Origin: Spirogloea muscicola
Lineage: Eukaryota
Length of the DNA: 53,090 nucleotides
Direction: 5' to 3'
Assembly: GCA_009602725.1 (NCBI GenBank)
Contig: WELB01000010.1
Location: 931,790 to 984,879 of the forward strand
This document shows positions 49,501-53,090 of the stretch, one piece after another. The translations under genes were made by a program, and so were the position numbers. Numbering within the stretch: position 1 is the first letter of the stretch; each line of letters opens with the position of its first letter. The notes under the pieces were generated by a model. It ran no database searches, was not told where the DNA came from, and saw only the letters and a program-made list of their open reading frames with translations.

Positions 49501-51084
49501 GCGGCGGGCTGGCGTCGCCACGCGGCGGGCTGACAGCGGCCGGCGGCGCGGCCCCCGGGGACGACGACCGCGGCGAGCTCGTGCTCAACGAGAACTTCGC
49601 GCAGGAGACGGTGGTCACCGTCGAGGACCCCAACATGTGAGCGCGCCGCTGCTGCATGGGCAGGCGCGCGCTTGGCAGGGGCCACGATGGCTGTGGCGGG
49701 TGCCGCTTCCCGCCACCCCCCCACCGCCGACGCACCGTCGCCGCTGCTGCCGCTGCCACGCCAGGGTGAAGTACGTGGAGCAGGAGCTGGCGAAGCGCAA
49801 GGGCGTGGCGCTGGCGGCGCAGAGCGCCGAGGAGGCCCTGCAGTCTGCCGAGGACGAGCTCTACCGCGTTCCCGACCACCTCAAGGTGCATGCAGCACTG
49901 GCAGGCGCCGCAACAGCTGCTCAACACTGGTGCTGGGTGTTGCTTGTTGTGCACAAGCTCTATATGTGAAGCTCTGGATCTCAGACTGCCGGGCAGGCTT
50001 GCTGGGCTTTGCCAGCCCGCTTTCGGCGAGCAATGTGCTGGTCGCGTGACACGACGGAAGGCAGCCATGGCCTGCCCCTGTTGCTACCACTGGCCTGGCA
50101 GGTGGCGCAGCGCAGTGCAGACGAGGGTTCTACAGCGTGGACGACTGGCATTGCGGAGGTCCAGCTGCCAATTGAGTGTGCATGCGTAGCCCCCGCCCGC
50201 TGCGCAGACCTAGGACGTCGCCAAAGAAAGGCATGATATTGTGGTGCATGTACGGCATATGGTTAAGGTTGTTTGGAGTTTAAGAGTTGGGGATTCGCAA
50301 GAGTTGGGGTAGTCAAGCTCCGGTAGCTCCGACGGAGACAGTGGCACCCTTCGATGCAGGCTGCAGAGTGTTTATCACGTGGACGAGCCAGCCCTCATGT
50401 GTGGCTCATGCGGTCATTGCTCGCCCGCAGGTACAAGCTGAGCAACATTGAGGAGACGGAGGCGGCAAAGAAGCACCTGCAAGAGTCACGACCGCTTGTC
50501 GGGCGCAGGTCCGTGGTCGCCCGCGCTTCCGTGGGCCTCACACAGTGTTCTCATTGCGCCGTTCCCCCGGCTGACTGCCCCAGCTTGATGCAGGCCGCCT
50601 GGCCCTGCACTTGCCCGGTTTGGCGCATACGGAGCTGATTGATTGCAGCGCTGCTTTTCAGCATCTGTCCCGTCTCTTGATCCCTCCCAAGTCCTCCCAC
50701 TCTGCGAGCTGCCTGGGCAGGAAGGCGGAGTCCACACTTCCAGCGAGCTTCAGCGCCGACTACCACCAACGTGGTCGTGACTTTGCCGAGACACAGCGCC
50801 GAGGTCAGCTCCCGTCGGGCCCTACTATAGGCGGCTGCCAAGCATGCAAGCTCGGGCGATGTCGATGTACAGCATGAAGGTGGTCAACTCCATGGGCGCT
50901 AGACAGTGAGCATGCTGACATCTGCTTTATACCACTGTGAACAGCGAGTGCGGCCGCCAACAAGGACGGCCGAAAGGACGCGCCCCCAGGCGGCGGCGAG
51001 GAGGGCCGGCGGCTGGCGGCCACAGACGAGATCATGCTGGAGCGGTTCCGGAAGCGCGAGCGCAACCGCATGATGCGGCGGTAG
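49501..51084 (+). CDS. CSU2: C9orf78/TLS1/COP1 SUPPRESSOR 2-like (HCA59) splicing-associated protein; 5' end in the N-gap
   Basis: Exons give LNENFAQETVVTVEDPNM, KYVEQELAKRKG, EDELYRVPDHLK, WTTGIAEVQLPIE/YKLSNIEETEAAKK, LPASFSADY and AATDEIMLERFRKRERNRMMRR* (stop 51084). Confidence 0.85.
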
Positions 51085-51214
51085 CAAGCAGCCGGTGCAC
51101 GATGGCAAGAGTGCAGCTGCGCCAAGCCCGTCGGCCGGCCACATGTGGCGGAGTGGGGAGAGAAGTGGGGTCAATCTCTCGGTTTCTGCCCTTTGGACCT
51201 CGTCATTCCTGATG

Positions 51215-52360
51215 GGCTAGCCGGTCACAGCCATTGCCTTTGTGAGAGCTGTTTCCTTTCTCGGTTGGGCCGGAAGGAGCGAGAGGTGGGAGGAGAGCAG
51301 GGGAAGGAAGTGCTCGCCCATAGAGAAGAAGGGGCTGGCAAAGCCAGCCCAAAAAGAATGGACAATGTCCAAAGCCAAAGACTCAATTGGTCGCACTTTC
51401 TTGTCATGTTAGCGAAGCCACAGGCCAGGCAGAAACACTAAGAACAACAAGCACAAAAAGAAACGAAGCAGCTACGAAGCACTCAGTAACCCCTGCTAAG
51501 CAGCCTCAGGTCAGAGAGACTGGGTTCCTGGGAGCGGGACCCCTGGCCAGAGCCAGAGGCAGCAGCGAGGGAGCGTGGAGTAGGTAAGAAACAGTGGTCG
51601 GGAAGGCGAGGCGAGGCCGCCGCCTTGGCACTAAACGTTTGCCTGAACAGTGCATTGGCTTAAATTGGCCTCCCTTTTCTTCTCGTGCAAACCTCTCCTC
51701 TCTGATTGGGCCGGGGCTGGGGCGGGTGGGCCGCAGTCTACGCCACTCAACGGCATCGCCCACTTGCGAGGCTCCGATCCGCGCCGCGAGCTCCCGGCAG
51801 CCACTTCAGAGAAATAGCTCATCCAAGGTTAGGCAGTGGCCGTTAGAAGAAGTGGCTCTCCCAATGGGGGCAAAGGCTGTGAGAAGCCAGCCCGAAAAGA
51901 ATTGACAAGGTTCGAAGGGGCCAACCCTGAAGCATATAGAGGCCAGCCCTAAAGCAAATAGCCCTTGCGAAGTGCAAAGTAAGGCGACGGCTGTGAGAAG
52001 AGCTTGCACACGAGGGAGAACGGCTACTTTAGCGGCGGGCGGTGGCTGTGGTAGGCCAGCCCAGAGAGAAGGCGCGCGGTGCGCATGAAATTGAAAGGGA
52101 GGCCAATTCTAGCCTTACAAATGTCCTGTTAATTGGGTAATGAGCTGGCTAAGGGGGACAAAGCCCAGAGAAAGAATGAACAGATAGCGAAAGGCCAGAA
52201 GGGCGCTAAATCACACAAAGACTCAAGTGACACCGGTTGCAAGATATCCCGCGTTGAGCACCCGCAGGTCAGAGAGACTGGTCGCGAAGCTCGAACTTTG
52301 TTCATTCCTTCATCCTGGGCCTGCCAATCACAGCATCGCCCTCTACTGGGAAAGTCTTTT
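51215..52360. mobile_element. Mosaic of RLE 3' fragments (D, C and isolated tails)
   Basis: 51445-51570 is nearly identical to 36170-36237 plus 36393-36460. 51845-51925 is nearly identical to 36899-36976. 52062-52160 is nearly identical to 32012-32108. Confidence 0.72.
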
Positions 52361-53090
52361 TCAACCAGTCTTCGGGTAGCCGCTAAACCCCACAGGCTTT
52401 CGGTGAACCACTGCGCCCCGGCGGCGGAGGAGGGAAGTGCCCGGGCAAGGGGCGGGAATGCCGGGAGGCGGCGGGGCGGGAAGGGGCCAGAGAGTTATGG
52501 GCATGGCCGGGCGGGCGGGCGGGCGCCAGCTGGGGCGGCTCGCGGGGGTCCCTTGCTGACCCGGCCGGGCACCGCCGCCCCGCTGACCGGGCCCCTTCCC
52601 TCCCTCCTCCCGGGCGAGCGGCCAGGAAAGCAGTTTAAAAGCGGCGGGGAGGGAGGGTGCGCAAACCCTGCGCACGTGGTTAGGGCTTCCCTGGGCCCCA
52701 CGCCGGGCGCGTGGCAGCGCCGCCCGCCCGACTGCGGGGAGATCGGATGGGGGCAGCACGTGCGCGGGCCTCCACCTGGCGCCCGTGCGCCACGCGGCGC
52801 CCGCCGAGGCGCCCCGCTGACGCCACGCCCGAGGGTACGGCCGATGGTTCCCGGGAATGGTCAGTTCAGGCGGCGCCCGGTCGCGCGACACGTGGAACAG
52901 GGTCGTACGCGCTTTCCCCGCCCGCCGCCGCCTCGTCCTCCCCTCTCTCCGAAAGCAAATCGCTCGATGACCAGGCACCTCGCCCCGGTGCCGGGCGGGA
53001 GAGGGAGGAACGGGGGGGGCCCTCCCCCCCCGAAGCCCCGTCCGTCCGTACGTGGGGCGCTCCGCGGCCCCATCTGGCGCCCCCCCCCCC

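Noticed and set aside
48268..50068. Long ORFs of 375-447 aa
   Set aside because: They are open only because they read through N runs.
52361..53090. 205-aa ORF / possible RT remnant
   Set aside because: GC-rich, no convincing motif, and it ends in a poly-C contig edge of doubtful quality.

Overview
Eukaryotic, intron-rich, GC-rich genomic DNA. The plant-type ATR, GTG, ALDH6B2 and CSU2-like proteins suggest a streptophyte green alga or related lineage (inference). There are two N-gaps (24401-24616, 48828-49500). Six genes are recognisable: the 3' part of an HI0933-family flavoprotein (+); ATR kinase (-, 13.8 kb); a papain-family protease fused to 2 EGF-like, 5 Cys-type LysM, a Kazal-like domain and a Cys-rich tail (+); GTG/GPR89 (+); ALDH6B2 (-); and C9orf78/TLS1/CSU2 (+). 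Intergenic DNA at about 16.8-24.4, 28-39.7 and 51.2-53 kb is packed with 5'-truncated remnants of at least 4-5 subfamilies of a restriction-like-endonuclease (CRE/Cnl1/MoTeR-like) non-LTR retrotransposon. Their hairpin-bearing, poly(A)-less 3' ends form head-to-tail strings and nested insertions with 6-8 bp TSDs. A 2.6-kb foldback at 35.5-38.1 kb consists of two head-to-head miniature LTR elements with a tRNA-Ala PBS. The best candidates for something undescribed are the protease-EGF-LysM-Kazal protein and the 3'-end tag arrays and self-nesting of the RLE element. All coordinates were read by eye, and repeat boundaries are approximate.
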